A DNA stretch of 64,000 nucleotides, from assembly GCA_963677495.2 (NCBI GenBank), contig CAXXOU010000003.1, positions 477,872 to 541,871 on the forward strand, given 5' to 3'. Below the pieces are notes generated by a model. That model had not been told where the DNA came from, ran no database searches, and saw only the letters and a list, made by a program, of their open reading frames with translations. Source of the stretch: Candidatus Cloacimonadales bacterium. Lineage in GTDB: Bacteria; Cloacimonadota; Cloacimonadia; Cloacimonadales; JAFGVF01. This document shows, in pieces, positions 30,208 to 39,685 of the stretch. Each line of letters begins with the position of its first letter. Positions within the stretch are counted from its first letter, which is position 1. The position numbers and the translations under genes were made by a program.

Positions 30208-30309
30208 AATTTGAATCTTTATGATAAACATAGAATGAGTTGAGGGCATATCTTGAGATCAAGATTAATCAATAACGGAACACCATCACACTCACCCCTG
30301 AGTTTATTC

Positions 30310-30338
30310 TAATTACAATCAGACAATAAAGGTGTCAA
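30310..30338 (-). promoter_or_regulatory. Candidate sigma70 promoter for the polysaccharide operon
   Basis: Perfect TTGACA (30338-30333) followed by an AT-rich, weak -10 (TGTAAT/TAATTA). Confidence 0.35.
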
Positions 30339-30473
30339 GATAATTGTTAAGATGAAACTACTGCTAAAACAGTATATCTAACAGGTTCTAATACTCTTAC
30401 ACTATTTTTTGTCTGTATCGAGTTTATCAATAATTAACGTTATCTTTATAATCAGGTCTTAGATTAATCTACC

Positions 30474-31199
30474 TTAACTCTCTGTCTTAATATTATTTAT
30501 CGCTTTATCAAGATCCTCTTCTGTATCAATCCCAATTCCTTGATAATCTGTCTGAACCATTCGGATAGAATACCCATTCTCAAGCAATCTTAACTGTTCT
30601 AGCTTTTCAACTTGTTCTAAATCTGATTGAGGTAACTCTACAAACTTAGCAAGTATCTCTTTTTGAAAGGCATATACGCCAATATGTCGATAAAAATCAA
30701 ACTTATTCTCATCACGTGCATATGGCAGCGGAGAACGACTAAAATACATGGCATCACCAAGTGTATCACATACTACTTTTACACAGTTAGGGTTGGAATA
30801 ATCACTCTCATTAATTATCTTGGTCATCAAAGAAGCTACCTTAACTTCACTATCATTGAAGGCTTCTAGAAGTTTTGCCAAAGTGTTTTTATCAATAAAC
30901 GGTTCATCACCCTGCACATTCACAATCACATCGCAATCCATATCTTTCGATGCTTCATAAACCCTGTCTGTACCGCTTTGACAATCAGTTGACGTCATTC
31001 TACAATTACCGGCAAAAGATTCTACTTCATTCATAATTCTTTGGTCATCTGTTGCAACTATTACTTCATCAAACAATCTAGTGTTATCTACAGCTTCATA
31101 GACTCGATGTATCATTGTCATACCACAAATATCTTTTAAAGGTTTTCCCGGTAAACGAGTGGACTCATATCTCGCTGGAATTACGGCGATATATTTCAT
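30474..31199 (-). CDS. kdsB: 3-deoxy-manno-octulosonate cytidylyltransferase
   Basis: VIPARYESTRLPGKPL, VATDD, SGTDR, VNVQGDEP, YFSRSP, HIGVY, LEQLRLLENG, IDTEEDL. Confidence 0.96.
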   Translation of the reverse strand: MKYIAVIPARYESTRLPGKPLKDICGMTMIHRVYEAVDNTRLFDEVIVATDDQRIMNEVESFAGNCRMTSTDCQSGTDRVYEASKDMDCDVIVNVQGDEPFIDKNTLAKLLEAFNDSEVKVASLMTKIINESDYSNPNCVKVVCDTLGDAMYFSRSPLPYARDENKFDFYRHIGVYAFQKEILAKFVELPQSDLEQVEKLEQLRLLENGYSIRMVQTDYQGIGIDTEEDLDKAINNIKTES

Positions 31200-31205
31200 T
31201 TTTCC

Positions 31206-33059
31206 TCACTTAAGATGCTTATTCTTCTTCAAATAGATCATCAATGCAGAAACATCGGTGAAGTTAACACCTGATATTCGCATAACTTGCCCCATATTCC
31301 TTGGTTGTATCTTCATCATCTTTTCTCTAGCCTCATATGAGATTGATTGGATTTGCATAAAATCAAGGTTCTCAGGTATATCCATATTCTCCATCTTCGA
31401 GAACTTATTTATATCAGCTAACTGTCTTTTCAAATAACCCTCATATTTACATTCAAGAGACAGCTTTCTAATCACTTCCTGTGTTACATCAGCAGGTTTT
31501 TTATAACCAAACCTCACCAAATCATCAAAGCTATAATTCGGTCGTTTCAGTATTTGATACAATTTCACCGGCTCAGCTAACTCATCAGACTTTAATGATT
31601 TTCTGTTCTTTAGAAACTCTAATTCTCTATCCTTAACTTCCATCACTTTGCAGAATCTTTGCCAACGTATATCAGATACTAAACCCAAGTCATAACCTAT
31701 CTTCATTAAACGCTCATCAGCATTGTCTTGCCTTAGAAACAATCTGTATTCTGCCCGTGATGTAAACAACCGATAAGGTTCTGTAGTCCCCTTAGTCACA
31801 AGGTCATCTAAAAGCACTCCAACATAAGAGTTAGCTCTATCAAAAATTAATGATTCTTTGCCATCCAAAGCCAACACTGCATTCACACCTGCCGAGAAAC
31901 CTTGGGCTGCGGCCTCTTCATATCCGGATGTCCCATTGATTTGACCTGCAAGATATAAACCCTCAATCTTCTTTGTCTCCATTGTCACTTTTATCTCTGA
32001 AGGAACAACATAATCATACTCAATTGCATATCCATAACGCATGATGATTGATTTTTCTAACCCGGGAATCGTACGAATCATCTTTTGCTGTATATGTGGT
32101 GGTAAACTGTTTGATACACCATTTACATATGCTTCAAAAGTGTTTATTCCCTCCGGTTCAATAAAAACATGATGGTGATCTTTACCTGTAAACTTAACAA
32201 TCTTGTCCTCTATGGACGGACAGTATCTTGGGCCTGTACCTGAGATAAATCCTCCATATAATGATGAATACTTTAAATTATCTTCAATAACTTTATGAGT
32301 TTCAGGATTAGTCCAACTTAGATAACAACTTACATCATTTCTTAATTTGATATCTCTATAATAAGAGAAACCTTCAGGGTTCTCATCACCGGGTTGTTCT
32401 TCTACTTTACTCAGATCAACTGAGCGCATATCAACTCTGGGAGGGGTACCGGTTTTAAATCTATCAACCTGGAATCCCTCTTTTACTAGCCAATCAGATA
32501 ATCCGTCAGATGATGGCTCGCCCGAACGTCCTCCGGGAACGTTGATTGAACCTACATGAATCTTACCCTTAAGAAAAGTTCCGTTAGCCAGAATAACTTT
32601 AGGTGCGAAATAGTTTTCCCCAATAGAAGTTTTTACTCCACACACCTTTCTATTATCTAGAAGAACTTCAACTACATCTGATTCGATTAGATGCAGATTG
32701 TCCTGCTTTTCAAGTAGTTCTCGCATAACTGTAGAATAGAGTTGTCTATCGTTCTGACTTCTTGGAGCCCAAACAGCAGGTCCCTTAGACCTGTTTAGCA
32801 TTCTAAATTGTATTCCGGTTAAGTCAGCAACATGCCCTATTGCCCCACCAAGTGCATCTAACTCTCTTGCTAAATGTCCTTTAGCCGGACCTCCAACTGT
32901 TGGGTTGCATGACATTCTGCCAATTGATTCCATTTTGAGTACAAAACAAGCAGTGTTTGCACCCATTTTTGCACTTGCAAGAGCTGCTTCGCATCCTGCA
33001 TGCCCTGCCCCAACAACTATTACATCAAATTTATTACTCATCAGTAAGTTATCCTTCAT
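31206..33059 (-). CDS. mnmG: tRNA uridine-5-carboxymethylaminomethyl modification enzyme MnmG (GidA)
   Basis: GAGHAGCEAA, MSCNP, SKGPAV, KTGTPPR, GPRYCPSIEDK, GYAIEYD, AGQINGTSGYEEAAAQG, EPYRLFTSRAEYRL. Confidence 0.98.
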   Translation of the reverse strand: MKDNLLMSNKFDVIVVGAGHAGCEAALASAKMGANTACFVLKMESIGRMSCNPTVGGPAKGHLARELDALGGAIGHVADLTGIQFRMLNRSKGPAVWAPRSQNDRQLYSTVMRELLEKQDNLHLIESDVVEVLLDNRKVCGVKTSIGENYFAPKVILANGTFLKGKIHVGSINVPGGRSGEPSSDGLSDWLVKEGFQVDRFKTGTPPRVDMRSVDLSKVEEQPGDENPEGFSYYRDIKLRNDVSCYLSWTNPETHKVIEDNLKYSSLYGGFISGTGPRYCPSIEDKIVKFTGKDHHHVFIEPEGINTFEAYVNGVSNSLPPHIQQKMIRTIPGLEKSIIMRYGYAIEYDYVVPSEIKVTMETKKIEGLYLAGQINGTSGYEEAAAQGFSAGVNAVLALDGKESLIFDRANSYVGVLLDDLVTKGTTEPYRLFTSRAEYRLFLRQDNADERLMKIGYDLGLVSDIRWQRFCKVMEVKDRELEFLKNRKSLKSDELAEPVKLYQILKRPNYSFDDLVRFGYKKPADVTQEVIRKLSLECKYEGYLKRQLADINKFSKMENMDIPENLDFMQIQSISYEAREKMMKIQPRNMGQVMRISGVNFTDVSALMIYLKKNKHLK

Positions 33060-33146
33060 TAATCTATCTAATACCTATTTCTCTTTGAATCATTTATGTC
33101 AAGTTGTGAGTGATTTTCAAGTAATCAATTTCAATCATATAAGTGG

Positions 33147-33259
33147 CTTGTCTGTATCATTGCTCTGCCTTAATTCTTATGAGACACCTATTGAATACCC
33201 GTTAGCTTCCCGTTGGATCCCCGTTACAGGAGATAGGATTCTGTTAAGCACGAGACAGG
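33147..33259. repeat. 11-bp-phased direct repeats within a weak inverted repeat
   Basis: CCTATT/CCCGTT/CCCGTT/CCCGTT start at 33187, 33198, 33209, 33220; flanks CTTGTCT..TGCCTTAA versus TTAAGCA..AGACAGG pair imperfectly. Confidence 0.55.
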
Positions 33260-33332
33260 TTAGAAATATGTCTTCAATCGTTATTGTAGCAGAGCAATGG
33301 AAATGCAATCAAGGTGCTTTGATAATATAGAG

Positions 33333-35066
33333 TTACATCTCTTCAAAAAATGGATTCATTTGATCTACTTCCTCATTCTGAAGAATCTCGAAAACCTCTT
33401 CTGCGCTATTTGCTTCAATAATCTGGTTCTTTATCTGATGATTATGTCCAAAGATTCTGGAAATAGTAGCCAATGCTTTTAAGTGATACTTGTAGTGCTC
33501 TTTAGGAGTCGCAATTAGGATAATAATATGGGCCGGTTTACCATCTAAAGATTCGAACTCTATACCTTTTCGAGATACCCCGATTACACCCTGAATAGTT
33601 GGACCACCCTCGATAATAGCATGTGGTATCGCGATATTATTTCCAATACCTGTAGACATCTCACGTTCACGTTTCTTTACACCTTCTTTTAACTGATCAA
33701 GTGTAACTGAATTAATATCATGAGTTCTATGCATTAGCTCTGTTAATCTATCAAGTGCTTCCCATTTATCAACATTATCAAGATCAAGTGTAATGTACTC
33801 CTCTTGCAGGAAATCCAGCAGACGAAGTCTATCCTTATTCACTTCTCCTGTTTTCTTCAACACCCATGACGTACAAACAGGACCAAGAAAATCAAATACA
33901 ATAATTGCTGTAAGGGCTATAGAGTTTATCTGCCTTGCATATTGATGAAAAGATGGTTCATACTGTGTTAGTGTAACTAAACCAAGTGCAAGAGCAGCCA
34001 TTGGGAACAGTGCATAACCAATATTGTTTCTTACAGTTTGCGATGAACCGGCAAAAAAGGCTCCAAGTCTTGCACCGGTAAACTTACCAATTAACCTTAC
34101 AACAATCAGGACAGCACCAATGAGTCCCGTTATCTTGAATATCTCTAAGTCGAAATGCACACCTGCAACAACGAAGAAAACATAGAAGATCTCCTTCTCT
34201 ATCTCCGATAGGGCATTGAAGATCTCATTCTTGTATCTGGACTTGTTAGTTAAAATTACACCCAAGATAAGAGTTGAGAGGATACTTGAGAAGTGGAAAG
34301 TCTCTGAAATACCAACTGTAATCAGGATAGCAATGAGAACCACTCCTGTGAAAGAAGATGGTTTTATCTTTCTTTTGTTTAACTTAATTAGCAGATATCC
34401 TGTAATACCACCAATCGCTACTGACTCCAGTATCATCAAAACAGGTTTAATTATCTGATGCAACAGGTCTGTTTCCTGATTCAAATGACTCACAATGTAG
34501 CTGTAGGCAAAGTAGAACATTGTAATAACAACTACATTATTCAATGCAATACTGGAGAGTACCGTCTTAGTAAGTATACCTTTTGAACGTTCTTTACGCA
34601 CCTCATGTATAATAGATTCAGGAGAAGTAGCACTGGCAATAACAGCAACTATCATTGATATTTCAATAGGCAACTTCAAAAGCCAATGCATCACAGCAAA
34701 AGTGAGACCACTTACGATAAACACATCTGTGAAGGTAATCCAGAAGATACGTTTCCCGGCATTGTGGAGTCGATTGTAATCGAGATGGCTACCAATAATC
34801 AGACCAAATAGACCAATAGCGAAATTGGTAATTGGATTGATTGCTTCGAAGTATTCTTCTGAGAAGATGTTAAAGAAGTATTTACCAATTACAATACCGC
34901 CAAGGATAAGAGCAATCTCAGTAGGTATTTTTATCTTCTTTGCAATCCAGGAGAACACAATACCTGTAATCAGGATTATTGAAAGGACTAACAAACTATT
35001 AGGATGCTCCACCAAAGGCCTTTGATGTTTCAAGTAGTTAAGTGCCGAGTAGAGAAATCCATGCAT
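33333..35066 (-). CDS. Cation/H+ antiporter (CPA family) fused to a C-terminal PTS IIA (fructose/Ntr-type) domain
   Basis: About 12 TM N-terminal region (ASATSP, FFVVAG, GKFTGA); C-terminal REREMSTGIGNNIAIPHA with the phosphorylatable His, GIEFESLDGKP, HLKALA. Confidence 0.88.
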   Translation of the reverse strand: MHGFLYSALNYLKHQRPLVEHPNSLLVLSIILITGIVFSWIAKKIKIPTEIALILGGIVIGKYFFNIFSEEYFEAINPITNFAIGLFGLIIGSHLDYNRLHNAGKRIFWITFTDVFIVSGLTFAVMHWLLKLPIEISMIVAVIASATSPESIIHEVRKERSKGILTKTVLSSIALNNVVVITMFYFAYSYIVSHLNQETDLLHQIIKPVLMILESVAIGGITGYLLIKLNKRKIKPSSFTGVVLIAILITVGISETFHFSSILSTLILGVILTNKSRYKNEIFNALSEIEKEIFYVFFVVAGVHFDLEIFKITGLIGAVLIVVRLIGKFTGARLGAFFAGSSQTVRNNIGYALFPMAALALGLVTLTQYEPSFHQYARQINSIALTAIIVFDFLGPVCTSWVLKKTGEVNKDRLRLLDFLQEEYITLDLDNVDKWEALDRLTELMHRTHDINSVTLDQLKEGVKKREREMSTGIGNNIAIPHAIIEGGPTIQGVIGVSRKGIEFESLDGKPAHIIILIATPKEHYKYHLKALATISRIFGHNHQIKNQIIEANSAEEVFEILQNEEVDQMNPFFEEM

Positions 35067-35128
35067 GTTTGTTATACTCCTAGATTATATTATTTGTGAT
35101 TATTTTATGCTTCAAGAAAAGATTGATT

Positions 35129-35158
35129 AATTTAGGTGTCTTTACAAATTCTTGTCAA
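35129..35158 (-). promoter_or_regulatory. Candidate sigma70 promoter for the antiporter gene
   Basis: TTGACA-N18-TAAATT on the minus strand, about 60 bp upstream of the start codon. Confidence 0.5.
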
Positions 35159-35189
35159 TCTTTAATTGGAGTATTTAATGTGCCATATT

Positions 35190-35477
35190 GAGCGGAGTGA
35201 GTTTTGCGAACGCAGTCGAACCGACTACCAGCAGAAGGAGCTCGCTTGCCATTGCAAGCAACTATAACCTCTCCGATAGCTTTAGCCTACCAGCTGAAGA
35301 AGAGCTTTTCCCTGAAAGTAGCAGTCACCAGTGCGAGTTTACGAGCTTGGGGAACCGACGACCATAGGGAGGAGCTCCTGAGCCGATAGGCGAACAACTA
35401 TTTACGGTCTTTACACTTGTTGTTTACTTCGAAGCCGCATTTCCCCGAACTCCCGATGGTCGTTATGGGGACTGCTA
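35190..35477. repeat. GC-rich cluster of REP-like imperfect palindromes
   Basis: Inverted pairs 35319-35330/35466-35477 (11/12) and 35358-35371/35450-35463 (13/14); direct repeat CTACCAGC(A/T)GAAG near 35225 and 35287; small GCGA-GTTTAC-GAGC-type hairpins. Confidence 0.6.
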
Positions 35478-35494
35478 AGGCTGTTCAACTTCAG

Positions 35495-35638
35495 TCATTG
35501 CACTATCATAATAAGCAATCCTCAAAGGTTATTCACTACCCTCTTACAAGAAACTCTCTTATCCTTTTGCCCCAGTGATGCCCAAGAGACTCATAGGATT
35601 TGATCGTACTTTTGTGCTCTATTATGATAGAGCAGTGA
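35495..35638. repeat. Inverted-repeat-bounded element (about 144 bp)
   Basis: TCATTGCACTATCATAATA (35495-35513) versus TATTATGATAGAGCAGTGA (35620-35638), 17/19 complementary; TGCCC at 35568 and 35579 (11 bp apart). Confidence 0.65.
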
Positions 35639-35656
35639 GACAGAGTTCAGGATAAC

Positions 35657-35691
35657 ATAAACAAAAGGCTGTTAGCAATGCCAACAGCCTT
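35657..35691 (-). terminator. Rho-independent terminator after the TonB receptor-lipoprotein operon
   Basis: Minus strand AAGGCTGTTGGC-ATT-GCTAACAGCCTT followed by TTGTTT, about 20 bp after the stop at 35713. Confidence 0.8.
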
Positions 35692-35712
35692 CATTGATTT
35701 ACTTGTAACTAA

Positions 35713-36660
35713 TTAGTTACTATATTCTTTCACTATGTTCGTATAATAGGTATTCACAATACTGGAACCGAAATAGCCTACACCACCATGGATTCCACCA
35801 TGGATGAAGCCTTCCGGTACAGTCTTGTACATATAGTAGTTTTCATCCATGATAATAATATCAAATCTATAACGACCATAGAAACTAAACCCACTTGCAT
35901 AAAAGTCATCATAAATTGAATAATCACCATTATCTTTTAAAACGGGGCTGTATCTTGAAGTCCAACTATTCTGTCGCATTCCACTACCAATAACAGGATC
36001 CCAGTAATCTTCATCATCTTCTTCCAAATGCTCTCTACCAGCGAATTGAATTGTGTATTCAATCTCAGTTGAGAAATCCTCAAGACAGTAATGCAAGTAT
36101 CTAACATAATGAGTTTCATCATTCGAAGTTGTAATTTCAACTGGGAACTGCTCATCACAAAGGTCGTAAACGATCTCAGGTAATGGTTCCATATAAGTGG
36201 TTGTATATCCTCTTGTAAGAGTCTGGTTGCCATTCACATCAACGTTTGTCTCTACTTCATCTGGCACAGTAGTTTCACCATAAGCAAACATGCTATCAAC
36301 GAGTGCCTCAAGTCTATATGTTTCTCCATAATGAATCTGCATCTCAAGTCCGGCATCTATATATCCGATCTTCATCTCTTGGTCAGCAGTGAAGTGTACG
36401 TTATATTGAAGTGAAATAGTATCCTGACGGGTAACATTGATGAGCTTAACTTCAGCGTCATCTGCGTACAAGTCATCAACACTACCACCATCAGCTTCAA
36501 CTGCTCTTCCTATTGTTATCGGATGCATCTCATCAACATAACCACCTGCAGGCAGATTACCTGTAATAACAACGATATTATCATTCCATCTGTCATCAGA
36601 GGTTAAATCACAACCTGCGATGAAAGCAATCAGTATGAGTATTGGTATTAATCTTTTCAT
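35713..36660 (-). CDS. DUF4249-like lipoprotein (TonB receptor partner)
   Basis: Lipobox FIAGC; GETYRLE; C-terminal IHGGVGYFGS; directly downstream of a TonB-dependent receptor. Confidence 0.75.
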   Translation of the reverse strand: MKRLIPILILIAFIAGCDLTSDDRWNDNIVVITGNLPAGGYVDEMHPITIGRAVEADGGSVDDLYADDAEVKLINVTRQDTISLQYNVHFTADQEMKIGYIDAGLEMQIHYGETYRLEALVDSMFAYGETTVPDEVETNVDVNGNQTLTRGYTTTYMEPLPEIVYDLCDEQFPVEITTSNDETHYVRYLHYCLEDFSTEIEYTIQFAGREHLEEDDEDYWDPVIGSGMRQNSWTSRYSPVLKDNGDYSIYDDFYASGFSFYGRYRFDIIIMDENYYMYKTVPEGFIHGGIHGGVGYFGSSIVNTYYTNIVKEYSN

Positions 36661-36669
36661 TTTAACCTC

Positions 36670-38982
36670 CTAAAACTCTATGTTCAACCCAAGGAATGGG
36701 AGGAATGGGAACATTGTTGTGTCTTCATATTCAGTACTAAACACACCATTAATATCAGCTGTATAGTTTCTATACCAAGTGTTTTCGTGATTAGTAGCAT
36801 TTATCACTTCAATATATGGTTCAATACTCCATTTCTTCATCTGCCATTTGAGTTTCATGTTTAAATCAAGACGGAAATAATCAGGTAATCTTACTCTATC
36901 AGCATAGCTATAAAGGAAGTGCAACTCTTCTCCATCAGTAAATACTCTTTCAGGTACACTATATGGTTGACCGGTATAATAGGAAAGGTTCATACCAAAC
37001 TTGAACTCAGCACCAAGAACCTCTTTTCCTGTCATTTCTGTATAGTTAAGGTTCTCAACAAGGTTTACCTGATGTGATCTGTCATAACGTGGATAGTATC
37101 TCTGATAACTACCATCTGTAGGGTCGCTATTAAACCCATCCATCTTTCTTTTGGTAATACCGAACGTATAAGCAACAAATCCCTGGATACCATTCCAATC
37201 ATTACGCAATTGAAGGTCGGCCCCAAAAGAATCACCGTCACCTTGATGGAAGGCATTTGACATTGTCATTACAGAGTTACTCCAAGTAGCATCAGTAGCC
37301 ATATCATACTCCATAATCTCCTCATAGGTCTTATAATAACCTTCAGTCTCAAACGCTATAGCATCGGATATCTGATGTTTATAACCAAGTATGAAGTGAT
37401 TTGATGCAGAAGGATTTACCGTATTATCAATAGGGAACCATAGATCAAGCGGGGAACTCTCATCAGCTGAAGCTAAAGCTAAATATTGATAATATCTACC
37501 TGTACTAAAGTATACATTACTGTTAAAATCCAGTTGTCTTCGAATTGAAAAGCGAGGAGAAATATTAAAACTGTCACTATCCTTAGATGAAGGAAGTGAG
37601 ATATCCATATTTCTATAATAGTTTAATCTCAAACCGGGTTCGAAAGTCCAGAAGTTCTCAGTAGTATAATTGTGATGATAGAAAACAGAGTTAATTATCG
37701 ATTTGCTATCAATAAAAGGCATTCCATCTTCATCATATTGCTCATCTGAATCAGTTTTGAAAAGGATACCCATGTATTTTGATTCAACACCATATTCTGA
37801 TGTGTGTTTATCATTGAATCTTTGACTTATAGAGCCTTTAAAAGTAACATCATCGATGTAGTTACTTCTTAAGAATAATAATGAACCATCATTAGTATAA
37901 TCAAGTGTTGATTCGAAATGACTATGAGATAAGACAAAATGTCCAAACACACCCGGATTAAAGATATGTGTCCATTGTCCTGTATAAGCAGAATTACCCC
38001 AAGAGATGAGGAAATCACCCCCGATATCCATAGTTAAGTTATCTTTTCCAGTATAGAAACTCACGCTTGCTTTATCACTATTGGAAATGTCAAAGTTAAC
38101 TTTCCCTTGTCCATCATAAAAGTAGTAATCAGGTATCTCATCAAAGAACGATTCTACAGCTTCAAGATACGTTCTTCTGAATGAACCCATCCATGAACCT
38201 TTCAATTTACCAATCTTCCATGGACCCTCAAGAGTTGTACTAGCACTTATCATGCTAACTTTTGCAGTACCATGAAACTCTTTTCTGTTACCATCTTTGT
38301 TAGTAATGTTAAGCACTGATGAAAGTCTACCACCATGAACAGCAGGATAACCACCTTTTAACAGCTCAACAGTATCAACTGCATCTGCATTGAATGTACT
38401 GAATACACCACCAAAATGGGCGGGATTATAAATATCAGTGTTATCAAGCTTAATAAGGTTCTGATCAGGTGAACCTCCACGTACATAAAGTCCACTTGAG
38501 AAATCTGAAACAGGAGTCACACCCGGAAGTGCCATTAAAGACCTCATCAGGTCAGATTCAGCGACTTGCGGAAGTGCTGCAAGTTCAGTTGCAGGTTGGA
38601 ATATTCTCCCAACTTTAATCTCTTTAGTGTTAATATCTGTAGTGATTTCACCAATAACTTGGATACCCTCAACTTTCACAGAGTTCTTGTCCATATCGAT
38701 TCTAAGTTCAATATTCTTGTTCTTATCTTCGATATTAATCTCTTGTAAAACAGTCTTATAAGAGATTTGAGAGAACTGTAAGACTCTCTTACCTCTATTT
38801 GCAAATGACAAGGAGAAATAACCCTGCCTATTAGTTTGTGTACCCATCGAGGACTTTCGAACTATGATATTTGCATATCTTATTGGTTCTCCTGTCGATG
38901 AGTCATAAATATATCCACTTACTATAGCTGAGTGTAGTAACCCCCAAGCAGCTAAAGCAAGTATAAGGATGATCCGTTTCAT
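36670..38982 (-). CDS. TonB-dependent receptor with N-terminal carboxypeptidase-regulatory-like domain
   Basis: Signal peptide; VSGYIYDSSTGEPIRYANI; plug LPGV..YVRGGSPDQNL..KGGYPAVHGGRLSSVL; RLPDYFRLD; terminal Phe. Confidence 0.92.
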   Translation of the reverse strand: MKRIILILALAAWGLLHSAIVSGYIYDSSTGEPIRYANIIVRKSSMGTQTNRQGYFSLSFANRGKRVLQFSQISYKTVLQEINIEDKNKNIELRIDMDKNSVKVEGIQVIGEITTDINTKEIKVGRIFQPATELAALPQVAESDLMRSLMALPGVTPVSDFSSGLYVRGGSPDQNLIKLDNTDIYNPAHFGGVFSTFNADAVDTVELLKGGYPAVHGGRLSSVLNITNKDGNRKEFHGTAKVSMISASTTLEGPWKIGKLKGSWMGSFRRTYLEAVESFFDEIPDYYFYDGQGKVNFDISNSDKASVSFYTGKDNLTMDIGGDFLISWGNSAYTGQWTHIFNPGVFGHFVLSHSHFESTLDYTNDGSLLFLRSNYIDDVTFKGSISQRFNDKHTSEYGVESKYMGILFKTDSDEQYDEDGMPFIDSKSIINSVFYHHNYTTENFWTFEPGLRLNYYRNMDISLPSSKDSDSFNISPRFSIRRQLDFNSNVYFSTGRYYQYLALASADESSPLDLWFPIDNTVNPSASNHFILGYKHQISDAIAFETEGYYKTYEEIMEYDMATDATWSNSVMTMSNAFHQGDGDSFGADLQLRNDWNGIQGFVAYTFGITKRKMDGFNSDPTDGSYQRYYPRYDRSHQVNLVENLNYTEMTGKEVLGAEFKFGMNLSYYTGQPYSVPERVFTDGEELHFLYSYADRVRLPDYFRLDLNMKLKWQMKKWSIEPYIEVINATNHENTWYRNYTADINGVFSTEYEDTTMFPFLPFLGLNIEF

Positions 38983-39206
38983 AAATGCTCCTTTCTTGTT
39001 TTTTCTCTAAGCCCTTAATCGGAGACAATAAATTATTGAACTCATTTCAATGCAAGTTAATTTTTTATAACTCATTGGTAATACAAATCATAATTAATAA
39101 AATTGTGAATGTATTTATTAATCGGAATATTTTGGGTGGGATCTCAAGACAGTTTTCAGTACGCATTATTTCTAGCCTTAACCAAATGTTTTTATACTTT
39201 ACTACC

Positions 39207-39345
39207 CTCTCTTTTCTCAGCAGTAATTCTTGGTCAACACTTGGCAAACCCTTGGCCAATCCTTGGCCTAATTACTAAGAAATTGCTAAGTTAATACCAA
39301 GATATCGCTATCCCATTACAAAGAATTACTGCTGAGACTAGAGAG
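39207..39345. repeat. 139-bp element: 25-bp terminal inverted repeats enclosing four 11-bp tandem repeats
   Basis: Perfect 17-bp core TCTCAGCAGTAATTCTT (39215-39231) / AAGAATTACTGCTGAGA (39321-39337), extending to 23/25; CTTGGTCAACA, CTTGGCAAACC, CTTGGCCAATC, CTTGGCCTAAT at 39229-39272. Confidence 0.8.
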
Positions 39346-39467
39346 TGCTATTGAGTTATTGTTTTAGATTGAAAAGTGTGAAAGCATAATAGAACATTGA
39401 AAGGTGGAAGGATTAGCTTATATTTAGGTTGGTTATCCTTAAAATCACATTTGGGTCCCTTGAATCT

Positions 39468-39599
39468 CTCATGAGCAACATGTGTATGAGTCCAATAACT
39501 ATCCTTTATGACTTTTATATGAAACCTGTATGAACATATAGGAATCTAATAACATGATTATGGGATAAATTTACTCTTCTTATATTTATTGCTCATGAG
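39468..39599. repeat. 132-bp inverted-repeat-bounded element with 11-bp-phased TATGA motifs
   Basis: CTCATGAGCAA (39468-39478) / TTGCTCATGAG (39589-39599); TATGA at 39485, 39507, 39518, 39529. Confidence 0.6.
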
Positions 39600-39634
39600 C
39601 GTATCGGTAGAATGAGAGGATATTTTCTTCATAG

Positions 39635-39661
39635 AAAAAGGGAATACGAAATCGCATTCCC
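39635..39661 (-). terminator. Rho-independent terminator after the C10 peptidase
   Basis: Minus strand GGGAATGCG-ATTT-CGTATTCCC followed by TTTTT. Confidence 0.75.
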
Positions 39662-39685
39662 ATGTATGAAAAAATAGTTAAGCTA

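Noticed and set aside
35204..35389. 61-aa plus-strand ORF
   Set aside because: Lies within the palindromic cluster, with no clear RBS and no protein-like features; probably spurious
35190..35477. c-di-AMP or other riboswitch upstream of the antiporter, or a tRNA / group II intron fragment
   Set aside because: No recognisable consensus on either strand, and the region lies upstream of the candidate promoter at 35129-35158
35483..35650. Hairpin elements as integron attC sites
   Set aside because: GTTCAAC fits RYYYAAC on the left, but no matching GTTRRRY closes the right arm; no integrase or cassette-like gene array is present
39229..39272. 11-bp tandem repeats (here and at 33187, 39485, 62245) as a CRISPR array
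   Set aside because: Units are far too short, there are no unique spacers, and no cas genes are in the window
38985..39294. Three short overlapping ORFs upstream of the TonB receptor
   Set aside because: Low-complexity AT-rich translations that run into the inverted-repeat element; no evidence of coding
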